Assembly (NCBI GenBank): GCA_964016885.1
Contig: OZ024749.1
Coordinates: 27,962,001-28,026,000 of the forward strand
Reading direction: 5' to 3'
DNA length: 64,000 nucleotides
DNA from: Eledone cirrhosa
Lineage: Eukaryota
Below the pieces are notes generated by a model. That model was not told the DNA's origin. It was given only the letters and a program-made list of their open reading frames with translations, and did not search any database. The position numbers were made by a program, and so were the translations under genes. This document shows, in pieces, positions 1-12,626 of the stretch (positions are counted from its first letter, which is position 1; the number at the start of each line of letters is the position of its first letter).

Positions 1-92
1 CATACATCTGAGCTCTGGCCGTTTCGATAGCTAGATCTGAACTGGTCTACCACATCCTATCACATATATATATATATCCTATCTGATATATG

Positions 93-147
<55 letters not shown>

Positions 148-196
148 GGTTACCCCCAATTGAACCCGGGATAAACTTATATATACTGTATATATA

Positions 197-250
<54 letters not shown>

Positions 251-469
251 TAAAGGGGTAGACACCCAACAGTGAACCCAGCTGTTTATTGCTAATTCGG
301 CCTCCTTCTATATCACTAAATATATTTTTCAAAGAAACAATTTTTATTTATTTCACCACAGGTTATTTCCTCTACTTTCCACTATTTATATGATATATTC
401 TTACAAACTAAACATAATTGATTCTTACCTGTAACCATGTTTTCCTTCTCTTACAGACGTTTTTATTTA

Positions 470-767
470 ATACTATCTACCAGTCAAAACTCCTGGCAGA
501 AAAATATGAGCTGATCATCAGATCAGACCAAGAAAGCAATGTTCTCATAGGTCTTTCCATTGTTGATACTATCTGTCAGTCAAAACTCCTGGCAGAAGAA
601 AGGAGCTGATCGTCAGATCAGACCAAGGAAGCAATGTTTTCCATGGCTTTGCCATTGCTGATACTATCTGTCAGTCACAACTCCTTGCAGAAGAAAGGAG
701 CTGATCGTCAGATCAGACCAAGGAAGCAATGTTTTCCATGGCTTTGCCATTGCTGATACTATCTACT
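470..767. repeat. Minisatellite, 95-bp unit x ~3.1
   Basis: ATACTATCT starts at 470, 566, 661 and 756. Confidence 0.9.
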
Positions 768-791
768 GGTTGCAGCTTCTGGCAGGAGCAG

Positions 792-903
792 CAACATGAA
801 ATAAAGTGTCTTGCTCAAGAATAAACACACTGTCAGGTCCTGGAATCAAACACACAACTTTACTTTCATGAGTTCAACACCCTAACCACTAGGCCACGTG
901 CTT
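792..903 (-). mobile_element. tRNA-SINE head fragment
   Basis: Reverse complement GCACGTGGCCTAGTGGTTAGGGTG..TTGAGCAAGACACTTT. A similar fragment lies at 52906-53023. Confidence 0.65.
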
Positions 904-1384
904 TCAATTACCCAATTAAATAAAATTAAAATTCTTAAAGTTTGCTTCCTTTCTGGACCCTCTTTGGGGTCTTGGGATACCCAACTCTCCCGATGGGAGC
1001 AGCCTTCAACAACTTTAATTGCTAGACAGATTATATGGGTTGATTACAGCAATGATGATGATGACACAGGAGAATGCTGCAGGTGAAACATACATTATAT
1101 TAGAGCATGAATAGATCAGTCCAGGTAAAAATAATCAAAGAATTCTTTTTAAATTCCAATATTCCAGAGAAAATATGAAGTAAAGATCCACCATCAGAGA
1201 GAAGCATTAAAAACAGAATTGGTTAAAATACAGAAATACAGAATTTCATAAAGTTGAATAAACAAAGAGACCATCTTTAAAACAATATATATATAGATCA
1301 TTATAATCATCATCATCATCATTTAACGTCCATCTTCCATGCTAGCATGGGTTTGGACGGTAATATATATATATATATATATAT

Positions 1385-1460
1385 GACTACAGGACTAGAA
1401 CTGATTCATTCATAAGAAATCATCTTATGAATGAAAGAGTTCTAGTCCTGTAGAAGTCAT
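1385..1460. repeat. Fold-back palindrome of hammerhead family A
   Basis: TACAGGACTAGAACT..TTCATTCATAAGA / TCTTATGAATGAA..AGTTCTAGTCCTGTA, with the same stem III sequence as the HHRs at 10561, 24868 and 58076. Confidence 0.7.
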
Positions 1461-1967
1461 TTCTACAAAATAATGTGTGTGCGTGTGTGTGTGTGTGTAA
1501 ATAAATAGAAAGATAAATATATTTAGAGTTTATTTGCTTTTCATGTTAAAATCTACCACAATTCATAAATCAATTGAAAAATAGCCAAATAAGTCAGGTA
1601 AATTAACAATGGCGATGGGAAAAGGTGGAGGGAAAGAGAGATGCCTGATTTATTCAACTATTTTACAGTTAACATATATATTGGGGCCAATTTTTACATT
1701 AAAAGCCAATAGATTTCAAAATTTCAAGCTTACCTAATTTCTTTGTAAAATACACACACACACAATGAGAAATTTAGATCGATACAATGCTAAAGCCATA
1801 AAAGCCATTCCAATCATTTCAACCTTGCCTCATATAGAACTGCTCATTGATAACACGTGTTACGGAGCAAATCAATACGATACATTCATAAGAATAGAAC
1901 AAATTAGGCTGACATATATATATATATATAATATAAAATCAAAAGATGGTTAAAAGAGTTCCATGTA

Positions 1968-2033
1968 TTTTATTATGCGCATTTCAAAAACAAATATCAT
2001 CATGGGATGATATTTGCGTTCTCATCAGATAAA
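1968..2033 (-). ncRNA. Type I hammerhead motif
   Basis: The - strand reads TTTAT-CTGATGA-(stem II CAAATATCAT/ATGATATTTG)-GAAA-TGCGCA-TA-ATAAA. A second copy of the family lies at 54842-54908. Confidence 0.7.
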
Positions 2034-2430
2034 CAGGGAGACATGATATGAAGCTTAAAAAACACTTGCGAGCGGTGAAGTGTTAAATCAACATATGAAA
2101 AATAAAATAAGATGGATATATGAGATTGGGAAAAAAAGAAAAGGAAGTGGGGAAGGAAAAGGTAAGGAAGAGGAAGAAAGAATATAGATAGAAGAAAAAA
2201 AAAAAAATAATAAGGAAAGGATGACGGAGGAGGAGTATAAGAAGGAAGGATGAGAGAGGAGGAGAAAATGAGTGTGAGAAAGAGAGAGAGATATATAACC
2301 TTTAATACTGAGAAACACTGTCTCACAGAGAAAAATTAAAAAAACCGTTGTAAGATAATACATAATTTAAAAAATTAAGAAATTAAAAGTTAATGAGGTT
2401 TATGAATGGTGATGTATATGATATATATAT

Positions 2431-2769
2431 ATACGATATTAACAAATGGAAACTATATTTATTTCATTATACATATTTCAAGGACACCAAGTTAAATTAT
2501 GGTGTGCTTTCATCAGATAAAATATAATATAGAGCAGTTTTATAAATAAATATTGACATACCCTTAAAGAATGCAACCATTACTGTTGGAAGCTCCCGGA
2601 TAGTAATGGTTGCATTCTTTAAGGGTATGTCAATATTTATTTATAAAACTGCTCTATATTATATTTTATCTGATGAAAGCACACCAGAATTTAACTTGGT
2701 GTCCTTGAAATATGTATAATGAAATAAATATGGTTTTATAAATATAGTTTCCATTTGTTAATATCGTAT
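2431..2769. repeat. Near-perfect palindrome (~150-bp arms) with a hammerhead in each arm
   Basis: Arms 2431-2584 / 2602-2769. + HHR TATTTTAT-CTGATGA(2670)-AAGCACACCA..TGGTGTCCTT-GAAA-TATGTA-TA-ATGAAATA, with the mirror copy on - at ~2460-2523. Confidence 0.85.
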
Positions 2770-2983
2770 TTTTACTCCAATTATTTGTTGAGTGCTTTAT
2801 ATCAGTATAAAAATATTTGTTTGTTGTATCCCAACAATTTAAATAGAACTTCTACATATTTATATATACATATATATATATATGCATATATATATATATA
2901 TGCATATATATATATGCATATATATATATATATGCATATATATATATGCATATATATATATATATATGCATATATATATATAT

Positions 2984-3300
2984 GGAGGCACATGGTTTAG
3001 TGGTTAGAGCATTGGCCTTGCAATCAAAAGGTTGTGAGTTCTATTCTCAGACCGAGTGATGTGTTGTTTCCTTGAGCAAGACACTTTATTTCACATTGCT
3101 CCAGTTTACTCAGCTGTAGAAATGAGATGATAGGGACTGGGGTCCATATCATTCCACTGCAAAAAAGCACTCATCACTCACTGTAAATGAGGTTGGTGTT
3201 AGGAAGGGCATCCAGCTGTAGAAATCAAGCCAGAATCAGTTCCCGTCCCACCCTTGCAAGCAGGGAAAAGCGGACGTAAAATGAAATGAAAATGAAATGA
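2984..3300 (+). mobile_element. tRNA-derived SINE (CORE-like centre, RTE-type tail)
   Basis: A-box-like TGGTTTAGTGG, B-box-like GAGTTCTATTC, CCTTGAGCAAGACACTTT centre, tail shared with the RTE 3' end. Confidence 0.8.
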
Positions 3301-3332
3301 ATATATATATATATACACATACACATATATAT

Positions 3333-3494
3333 GTGATTTATTTGTATTCTTACAACATACCCATGGTGTTTCAGCAAAGCTTATTTTTGTTACTCTTCAT
3401 CAGAAAAGATTTATTTTACTTTTCTGATGAAGCTTAGTGAACACATGCATGGCTGAAACATTGTAGCCATGTTGCAAGAATACGAATAAATCAC
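3333..3494. repeat. Degenerate palindrome with divergent hammerhead cores
   Basis: GTGATTTATTTGTATTCTTACAACAT / ATGTTGCAAGAATACGAATAAATCAC arms. CTGATGA 3424 ... GAAAC 3455 on +, and TTTC...TCATCAG on -. Confidence 0.6.
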
Positions 3495-4227
3495 CTTATA
3501 ATATCTAACATCACATCACATCGCATCACATCACATCACATCACATCACATTAAATCACATCACATTACATCACATCACATCACACCACATTACATCACA
3601 TCACATTGCATTACACCACATCACATTACATCACATTGAATATTTTCGCAGTTCATTCAAACAATTTCTGAAGAATGTCTTGAAGAAGAAATATATAAAA
3701 TTATAAAAGAATGTCTTAGAATAATGATAAGATAAATCACATGCCCGGCACAGATCAGTCATGCTCACAGACATAGTCATAACAATAGCTGGTATTCATT
3801 TACTGCCAAATAGAACAACTTTCACAACACTGTATATATATATTTCATGCTTAGCTTTTATTTTTTACCATTCATCTACATGTGCGTGTATGTTTACTGT
3901 TTCTTCATGGTATAGAAAACATAGTGAAAGTCACACACACTGACACACACATTCATATAGACACACAGACACACACATTCATATATATACACACACACAC
4001 ACAGACATTCATATACTTCACAGAGACAAACACATATAGACACAAGAATGATTCATAGGCTTCATTCTATCAGTAATGTGTTACTGCATAGATGCATGAA
4101 TGTGTGTACACACACACACACACACACACACATACATATATATACATATATATACATATATATATAACTTGCACAGTTCAGATTTCTTGCAAACACATTT
4201 TCTGATATATATATATATATATATATA

Positions 4228-4498
4228 TAATTGTTTCTACTTTTGGCACAAGGCCATCAATTACCCAGTACATTACTGGTACTTTATTTTATCGACCCCG
4301 TAAGGATGAAAGGCAAAGTTAACCTCGGCGGGATTTGAACTTATTATATATATATATATAAGTTACGTCCCTTTACGGTCTGAGTTCAAATCCCACCAAG
4401 GTTAACTTTGCCTTTCATCCTTACGGGGTCGATAAAATAAAGTACCAGTAATGCACTGGGTAATTGCTGGCCTTGTGTCTAAAGTAGAAACAATTATA
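4228..4498. mobile_element. Two truncated family D SINEs in inverted orientation
   Basis: - copy 4228-4341 and + copy 4361-4498, separated by (TA)n. Confidence 0.78.
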
Positions 4499-4913
4499 TA
4501 TATATATAATGAGATTAAGACAAGGTAGACACATACATATATACATACATGCATGTATACATACTTACAAACATGCATATATACACAGATACACATACAT
4601 ACATGCATGTACATAAATATATCATATCAGATAATACATACATACACACATATATACATACATACAGAATATACAAAGCAGCAAAAGTTATAAACAGCCA
4701 TCAAAGAGATCAAGAGACGAAAAGATCAAGAGACAACATCAATAAGATTGAAAATATTTGTTTTGTTGTAGAGAGGAAAGTATTTACCTCTTGTATAAGA
4801 CCACGACTCTGAAAAACAGATAAACACTTGAGTAATAAAGCTTACTTTTATACTTTCTATTGAACATACATCAATCCCTTATGAATAAGATTTTTATATT
4901 CAAAGTGTGGGAG

Positions 4914-4968
<55 letters not shown>

Positions 4969-4975
4969 ACACATA

Positions 4976-5292
4976 CAGTGAACCCCCAGTATTTGTTGTC
5001 CCAGTTATTCATAGAATTTTCCTTAGAACCTAACTAATAATTGTTTGGGGAAACCATTGCATATTCATGGAATTGTAAATATCTCCCGCAATGTTTTTAT
5101 GGCTTTTTTTCATGGCAATATATATGTTTTTCACACTTTTTAATGCTAAATTATTAATAACAATATACCGTATTTGCCAGCCTATATTTTACGTTATGTT
5201 TTGGCATTTTTATGGACCACGACTAATATTCGCGGTTTTTCAATGTTCGCAGGTGTTCTAGGAACATAAACCCCACGAATACCAGGGAACTG
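4976..5292. mobile_element. pogo/Tigger-like MITE
   Basis: TA|CAGTGAACCCCCAGTATTTG ... CGAATACCAGGGAACTG|TA. Imperfect TIRs, TA TSD. Confidence 0.55.
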
Positions 5293-5318
5293 TATATATA
5301 TATATATGCACACACACA

Positions 5319-5361
<43 letters not shown>

Positions 5362-5508
5362 TACAGGCTGGAGAAGACTCTTGAGTCCAATAAGACAAAC
5401 TCTCTAGTGCTGGTGGCACGAATAATACACCCAGTCTACACTGTAAAGTGGTTGGTGAGAGGAAGGCCATCCAGCCCCACCAAAAATATGACCAGCGCGA
5501 CAAATATA

Positions 5509-5703
5509 TGAGGGTCAGCTGAGAAGTTCATAGGCTGACAATGAAGGAGTGATGATAGAGCTGTGAAATCTTGCATGCATTTATTTCAACTCTTCTTAAT
5601 GACTGCTTTGTTTCTTTCCAGGGACTTTGTTGAAAAATAAACCTCATTTGGTCATTCCATGAGAGTATCTTGGTCAGCCAATGAACTTTCCAACTGACCC
5701 TTG
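5509..5703. mobile_element. mariner-type MITE
   Basis: TA|TGAGGGTCAGCTGAGAAGTTCATAGGCTGAC ... GTCAGCCAATGAACTTTCCAACTGACCCTTG|TA. An inverted relative lies at ~58520-58720, with a partial copy at 58765-58833. Confidence 0.75.
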
Positions 5704-5707
5704 TATG

Positions 5708-6497
5708 TATATATTAAGAAGAAGAAAACGAGACTTCACATTGAGGTTTTTAGCGATTAGGCTTAGTTACAAACATTTTACAGGTGAGTGGTTCAAGGTC
5801 CATATTTGTGTTATAGACCTGACTCCAGCCCCTATCATCATCATCATCATTTAACGTCCCTGTTCCACGTTTGCATGGGTTTGGACGGGGGTTTTCCCAC
5901 TTGAGGCAAGAGTGGTTGTCTTGCTCGCATAGGACTGTCTGGCGGGTTTTCTACAGCTGGATGCCCTTCCTAACACCAACCACATTTACAGTGTGGGACT
6001 GGGAGGTTTTTACCGTGTTGCCTACACGGCCACATTACAGCGTGGACTGTGTGTTTTTTGTCGTGACACCTACACGATCTCATTTGTTTCAGCCTGGATG
6101 TTGTGGCACCAACATAACTTTGCATTGAAGGGGGCAGTGTGGATGGGGTGGAACGGGGGTGTATTTTGTTAGAGATGCCTACTGACTAGTAGGTTTTACT
6201 TTGTATTTAGGTAAGGCGGGTCTTCTCTGTTACTGAGTACCGCCAAAGGTCTCGGTCCAGTGACATTGTCTTGGAGAGGTGTAAGTGTGTGAGGTCGGAA
6301 TTTATCAGCTCGTCCCAGGTTTTCCTGGGTCTGCCTCTGCTTGTTAATCATCAAACTAAACCAGAATCTCATTCTGATGAGATTCTGTAACACAAATATG
6401 GATCTTGAGCCACCTAACTGTAAAACGTTTGTAGCTGAGCCTAATCAATAAATAAAAACCTCAATGTGAAACCTCCTTTTGTTCTTCTTAATGTATA
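5708..6497. repeat. Old inverted repeat (arms ~5708-5817 / 6385-6497) interrupted by an RTE insertion
   Basis: TTCACATTGAGGTTTTT..GATTAGGCTTAGTTACAAAC vs GTTTGTAGCTGAGCCTAATC..AAAAACCTCAATGTGAA. Confidence 0.6.
5835..6337 (-). mobile_element. RTE LINE 3' fragment
   Basis: Reverse complement of 39320-39812, starting with the (CAT)n tail. Confidence 0.82.
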
Positions 6498-6563
6498 CGC
6501 CCTGCTATAGTATAGAGTGCTAATATTGGTACCTTCCTCAGTAAACCACAAATCTACTGACTC

Positions 6564-6604
<41 letters not shown>

Positions 6605-6610
<6 letters not shown>

Positions 6611-6797
6611 GTTTCTACTTTAGGCACAAGGCCAGCAATTACCCAGTGCATTACTGGTACTTTATTTTATCGACCCCGTAAGGATGAAAGGCAAAGTCAA
6701 CCTCGGCGGGATTTGAACTCAGATCGTAAAGGGACGTAACTATGCTGGAAAGCATGGCGTCCGACCCTCTACCGATACTGCCAATCCACCGCCCTTA
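6605..6797 (-). mobile_element. Abundant young SINE (family D), full length
   Basis: The - strand reads GGCGGTGGATTGGCAGTATCGGTAGAG..GAGTTCAAATCC..GCCTTTCATCCTTACGGGGTCGATAAAATAAAGTACCAG..TAGAAACAATTAT, with pol III boxes and a conserved central domain. Confidence 0.85.
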
Positions 6798-7857
6798 TGA
6801 AAATGATCATGTACAGTGCTCAATTCATCAAAGGTGCATGTATAGTACATAGAATAATGTACAAATGTCAGGAAAGTGAACAGTATACATATGCACGCAA
6901 AGTAAATGACAAAATACAACAGATGATGAAGATACATATTAGTTTCACGCATAATATAGTAGGAAAAGACTTAACCTTTCAGACTCTAGTCCTTTATCAG
7001 AAAATAGAATAAAAAATTAAAGGAATAGAAAAATAGCAGAGAGTGAGCAGGGGCAGAAACGAAAAAAACCCCAAAAACACACACATATATACACACACAT
7101 ATATAAGTTGAAAAAGGAGTTAAAGTTCCAAACAAATCAAAGATTATAGATAAAAAGTAAAAGCACAGAAATATATTTAAAGATTTTTTTCTTTAATCCG
7201 ACAAGATAAATATTTTTTATAATTGTTACATTAAATGGATTTAAGTTTTATCAAATATTAATCGATTTTTGAATTTCTCTGTCTGTGTGTGTCTGTGTGT
7301 CTGTGTGTCTGTGTGTGTGTGTGTGTGTGTGATCATCATTTTATGTCCGCTTTTCCCTGCTTGCATATATACCCATACACAATACAAGCCAGGGAAATTA
7401 AAGTACAACACCAGAGAACAATATTACAATAGCAGTATAATGTTTAAAAGAAACATTTTTGAAAGGTCTTAATGTTTCTGACACGGGTATTTCTTCAGAA
7501 AGAATAAAAGGAAGAACAGATGAAAAAAGGGGGAAAACGACAAAAAAAAAAAAAAGAAGAAAAGAGAAAAAAGAAAGGAAGCAAACTTCTGATCAAATGT
7601 CATGATGAATGAATGAATTCAACTTGATATGTAAATTCAAAATACCTTTGCAGTACAATATTCAGTGTTTCTTGCTTTGATTGTATGTATGAGTTTGCAG
7701 ATCTGAGTGTATGCGCCAATATAATATAATATAATATAATATAATATAATATAATATAATATATATATATATATATATTTATATGTAAAAGTATATATGT
7801 AAATATATATATGTATATTTATATATGTGTGTGTGTGTGTATATATATATATTTATA

Positions 7858-7903
<46 letters not shown>

Positions 7904-8106
7904 TACATATATATACACACACATACACAAATATACATATATACATCTATATTATATATATATGAGAGAGATATAGAGAGAGGTTAAGAGATTGTATAAA
8001 AGTCAACTTATATTACTAGAAACATGAGAAGAGAATGCATTGGAAATAATAAAAAAGAGAGAATATGTATGTACATTCAATCTCGAGTTCACTTAGGATA
8101 CACACA

Positions 8107-8165
<59 letters not shown>

Positions 8166-8500
8166 CACACACACATACATACATACATATATAGTAGTAT
8201 AGTTAATATGAAGCATTGTGAGATATGTCGTAATTGATTGATGATGACTTCAACAAATCAGGTACAATATGGTAGATATATATATATAGAGAGGGCAAAG
8301 GATAAGAAATGTTACAAAACAAAATAATGTTTTATTTGTGATCCTTTGCCCTTTAGATATTTCTACAGGAAAATAACATCTACCAACGCGGGTGGGATTT
8401 GAAACCACATCTCTTGTTTTCAGATTAAGTGTGCTAGCTAATTATACCAACTTACCCACCCACTTTTTCTCCATTAAATTTAGAAGCCATAAGTTAACAG

Positions 8501-8557
<57 letters not shown>

Positions 8558-8613
8558 CACTGATGAAGTCACAGATGTGTGACGAAAGAACTTAGACTAT
8601 ATATATTTATATC

Positions 8614-9028
8614 ATTGAATATAAAAGAGAGATAAACACAGATATATACATATATGTGTTCAAATCGTAAGGGACCAGATTTGCTAGGGTGAAAAAAAAA
8701 TACTAAGTATGAACAATAGGGTTTGCCAAACTCAGTCTTCTGAGATACTTAGAAGTGAAGGGTTTACTAATTTTACACCCACTGATGAGCAAAAGAATTG
8801 GTAATTCCCTTCACGATAATTGCGAAACAGCATTACCAAAGCTGTCTGGGTCTCTGGCAGTTGCCCCAATATCGGTTTGCATTCATTTTCTTGATTTATT
8901 ATTTTAAATTGAGTCTGGAAAACCCTATTGTTCAGAGTTAGTATTTTTTTCACCCTAGCAAATCTGGTCCCTTACGATTTGAACACATATATGTATATAT
9001 CTGTGTTTATCTCTCTTTTATATTCAAT
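8614..9028. repeat. Long inverted repeat (~120-bp arms) enclosing a hammerhead; PLE-derived
   Basis: 8614-~8735 is the reverse complement of ~8910-9028, with the HHR in the spacer. Confidence 0.85.
8777..8851 (+). ncRNA. Type I hammerhead ribozyme, intact core
   Basis: ACCCA-CTGATGA-GCAA...TTGC-GAAA-CAGC-ATTACCAAA-GCTG-TC-TGGGT. Stems I, II and III all pair; GUC cleavage triplet. Confidence 0.82.
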
Positions 9029-9234
9029 TACACCACGGAAAAGTCTCTTTCCTTGAGCTATTTAATTGTAAGAGACTATTTTGAGTTTCTAACTCAATAT
9101 ACACCTTTGATATATATTTATATCTGTATTTTTAATCGTTGGTCAATCAATAATAAACATTGATTGCCAGATAAATTAACTATGGAGATATAAAAGATAC
9201 AGAAGTGACAACCAATGCAAACCAAACAGTGAGT

Positions 9235-9633
9235 CATCATCATCATCAGCGTTTAACGTCCCTGTTCCACGCTTGCATGGGTTTGGACGGGGGTTTTCCC
9301 ACTTGAGGCAAGAGTGGTTGTCTTGCTCGCATAGGACTGTCTGGCGGGTTTTCTACAGCTGGATGCCCTTCCTAACACCAACCACATTTACAGTGTGGGG
9401 CTGGGAGGTTTTTACCGTGTTGCCTACACGGCCACATTACAGCGTGGACTGTCTGGCGTGTTTTCTACAGCTGGATGCCCTTCCTAACACCAACCACATT
9501 TACAGTGTGGGACTGGGAGGTTTTTACCGTGTTGCCTACACGGTCACATTACAGCGTGGACTGTGTGTTTTTTTGTCGTGACACCTACACGATCTCGTTT
9601 GTTTCGGCCTGGATGTTGTGGCACCAACATAAC
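9235..9633 (-). mobile_element. RTE LINE 3' UTR fragment with internal ~112-bp duplication
   Basis: Homologous to 39530-39812. The segment GGACTGTCTGGCG...CACATTACAGCGT occurs twice. Confidence 0.8.
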
Positions 9634-10486
9634 TGAGTGTCTTTTATTATTATTTCTGGCAATACATGACCCTCCCCAAATATAACTATATATAGGATAA
9701 CAAATTATCGTTATTGGTAATCCAATTCTGATGATTTGATTAGGCATACATTGAATTAAAATTGAGTGTCACAACTTCAAGTGATTAGCAATTTTTAGAC
9801 ACCCTAATCAATGAAACAATTGTTAATACTGTAAATAAAACCCTTTTTGTACTGTTGACCATGCTATTCTTCACTCTTTCACTATATATATATTTATTCA
9901 AAATAGGAGGCACATGGGACAAAGACAATAGAAAAAAACAACAGAAAGACATGCAGTCCCATCTCCTCAGTCACCCTCTGGAAATCACTATGATTTCAGA
10001 ATTTTAAAATTGATACTATTCATCCCAGTGCACATTGGGACAAAGTGACCACATATGTTTAGAAGATGGTGTTTGAAAATTGAATTAGTAACTTTCACCA
10101 TATGCTTGACTACTGATATATAATGGTGTTCATGTTGGTGCCACAATACAAAGCATCCAGTCCACCCTGTCATGTAGTCGTTTGGGTGCCATGACAAAAA
10201 GCATCAAGTCCAGCCTATCAGTTCATCATGTTAGTGCCATGATAAGCACCCAGTCCAGTGCACAGTGTAAATGTGGTTGGTGTTAGGAAGAGCATCCAGC
10301 CTGAAATCATTCTGTACAAGCAAGACATGGTCATCTGATCTGACTAGTCTCACAATGTCAGGACAACTCATCTAACCAATGTAAGCATTGAAGATGGATG
10401 TTAAATTATGATGATGTTGATATTGACATAGTAAACATGTCTAAGTTATATTAAAGCCAAATAGAAAGACTGGAAAATAAGAGAGT

Positions 10487-10521
<35 letters not shown>

Positions 10522-10554
10522 CATATATACATGCACACAGACACACACACACAT

Positions 10555-10660
10555 ATATTCCTGATGATTTTATATGAATGAAACAGTTCTAGTCCTGTAC
10601 AAACCATTTCTATATATAATAAATATGCCCTTACTTTACCAATGTATTGAGTACCTTTAT
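10555..10660 (+). mobile_element. Hammerhead family A element in TA/CA microsatellite
   Basis: CTGATGA(10561)-TTTTATATGAAT-GAAA-CAG-TTCTAGTC-CTG-TA, followed by the TATTGAGTAC 3' motif. Stem I is eroded. Confidence 0.6.
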
Positions 10661-11644
10661 ATATACACACACATAAACACACACACACCTATATATATAT
10701 ATATTGACATAGTAAACATAAGTCTAGGTTATATTAAAGTCGAAAGACTAGAAAAAAAAGAAGAGAGTCAATTGTCAACATATATATTCCAACAGAGATT
10801 TCTATAATTAAAGAAGGTGTGTTAAGACAAACAGACAGACAAATAAACAGTTGTAGTAGTTTTACCAATCACCTACAGCAATATTGTTAGAGAGAGATAG
10901 CAATTAGGAGTAACCAATTATGGTCTAAATTTAATTAAAATTACATTTCTAATTACATTTGTTAACATTAAAGATCAGAACATCTGAGTTAAGGTTGTGA
11001 ATTAATAGAGTTATTTTCATGTAGGGCTGAATGACAGTGTGGCTTGTAGTATTTGTGGTATTGGTTCTGGTTATCTGGACTATGAGTTCAAATCCTACCA
11101 TGGTCCAGTCAGCTTGTCATACTTTCAGAGGTCAATAAAATAAATGACTTGTGAAGTGAAAGAGAACCACCATCACAACCAACACCACCACCAACAACAA
11201 CAATCGCATCCCTACCACCACCATAGCCACCACCATTGGCACAAGCTCTACCATCAACATAATTATCATTGCTAATGCCACCAACAACAGTTAACACACA
11301 CATATATAATCTATATATATATATATATACACACAGCCATTAAATCTACCCTCCTCAGTCAGTGTATATGTGTGCCAGTGTATGGGTGGAAGCGTTTGTG
11401 TGAGTGTGTGTGTGTATCAGTCTGAGTTTGTGAGTTTTTAAGTGTCAGTGTATGTGTTAGTGTGGTGCGTGTGTGTGTTTTAGAAATGACTCCATTCCAT
11501 TACACATTGTATATAGACTGCTAGATATTAAATACAAACTAAGAACACATCAGTTACCTCCCTTACATCGAGTACTTCAGCAGAGAAATAGAGAAATATA
11601 CCATGTTATGTTTATTAATCACATAATATGGTGAAGATCAAAAG

Positions 11645-11932
11645 CAGTGCTGGGACTTATAAGCTAAATAAGTTATAGCTTAGGGCCACGCAGCCTTGGG
11701 GAAAGGGGGAGGGGGGACTCAATGTAGCCAGTGCTTGAATTACGGTATAAACTAAATAAGATATAGTTTAGAGCTACACACCTTTGGGGACCTCAGTGTA
11801 GCCAGTTTTGGATTTACCTATAAACTAAATAAACAACAGCTAGGGCCACACCCTTGGAGGGCTCAGTGGAACCAATACTAGACTTACCTATAAGTTAAAT
11901 AAGTTATAGCTTAGGGCCACATACACTCGGGC
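11645..11932. repeat. Degenerate ~65-75-bp tandem repeat x4
   Basis: TATAAGCTAAATAAGTTATAGCTTAGGGCCAC variants repeated. Confidence 0.7.
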
Positions 11933-12103
11933 CCTCATTTTAAAATTATATTTTCATTTCATCATTAGTTTTTATTCTTTAACACTAAATCATCAAAAAT
12001 TATATAAAGAATTTTTCAGAAGTTAAGGGCCAAAACACTCGCGTGATTGGGGTTTCTTCTCTGAAGACGTTCTGCTGTCCAGCTCTCCTGAGAATTTCTT
12101 ACC

Positions 12104-12169
<66 letters not shown>

Positions 12170-12172
<3 letters not shown>

Positions 12173-12309
12173 CGAAGGAAATGTGGTAAGGAACCAGATG
12201 GACCATAACGCACCAAAGTACTCAATACTGAAGGTAGTAGAGTAGGTAATAGGAACAAGTATGACCCCGACGAAACGGCTTGAGCTCTGCCGTCGGAGTC
12301 ATACTTGTT

Positions 12310-12313
<4 letters not shown>
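12170..12313. mobile_element. Hammerhead family C element, fold-back form, in (TA)n
   Basis: GAAACGGC-TTGAGCTCT-GCCGTC (HHR stem III + GUC) inside the inverted repeat ATAGGAACAAGTATGAC/GTCATACTTGTTCCTAT. Homologous to 15826-16018 and 57365-57505. Confidence 0.65.
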
Positions 12314-12364
<51 letters not shown>

Positions 12365-12508
12365 TTGTATTTGTGTGTGCGTGTGTAGAAATCCGTAGAC
12401 AAGCGATCAAGGAAAACAGTGCTCAATCTGTTGCAAAAGAGGTTATTTAGTGTAAAGAAAATTTCATCCACTTAACATATGTACGATATATGCTTCAAGG
12501 TTGCCCAC

Positions 12509-12590
12509 GTGCCCGACGATGGGCCAGTTTAAAAGTGCCTCTTTATATACAGTGGTGGCCATAACTGGACCACAAAACCAATGGTCGCAC
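12509..12590 (+). ncRNA. Degenerate type I hammerhead
   Basis: GTGC-CCGACGA-TGGGCCAGTT..AACTGGACCA-CAAAA(for CGAAA)-CCAATGG-TC-GCAC. The stems pair but the core is mutated. Confidence 0.5.
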
Positions 12591-12626
12591 ATACTTGTTA
12601 AGTGTGTGAAACATTGTTTATAGAAT

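Noticed and set aside
2984-3056. tRNA genes at SINE heads (also 792-903, 8385-8460, 13893, 24945)
   Set aside because: No complete cloverleaf, and they continue into SINE bodies.
8553-8600. CTGATGAAGTCACAGATGTGTGACGAAA hammerhead
   Set aside because: Core and stem II are present but stems I and III do not pair convincingly. Likely a decayed copy, so not listed as a feature.
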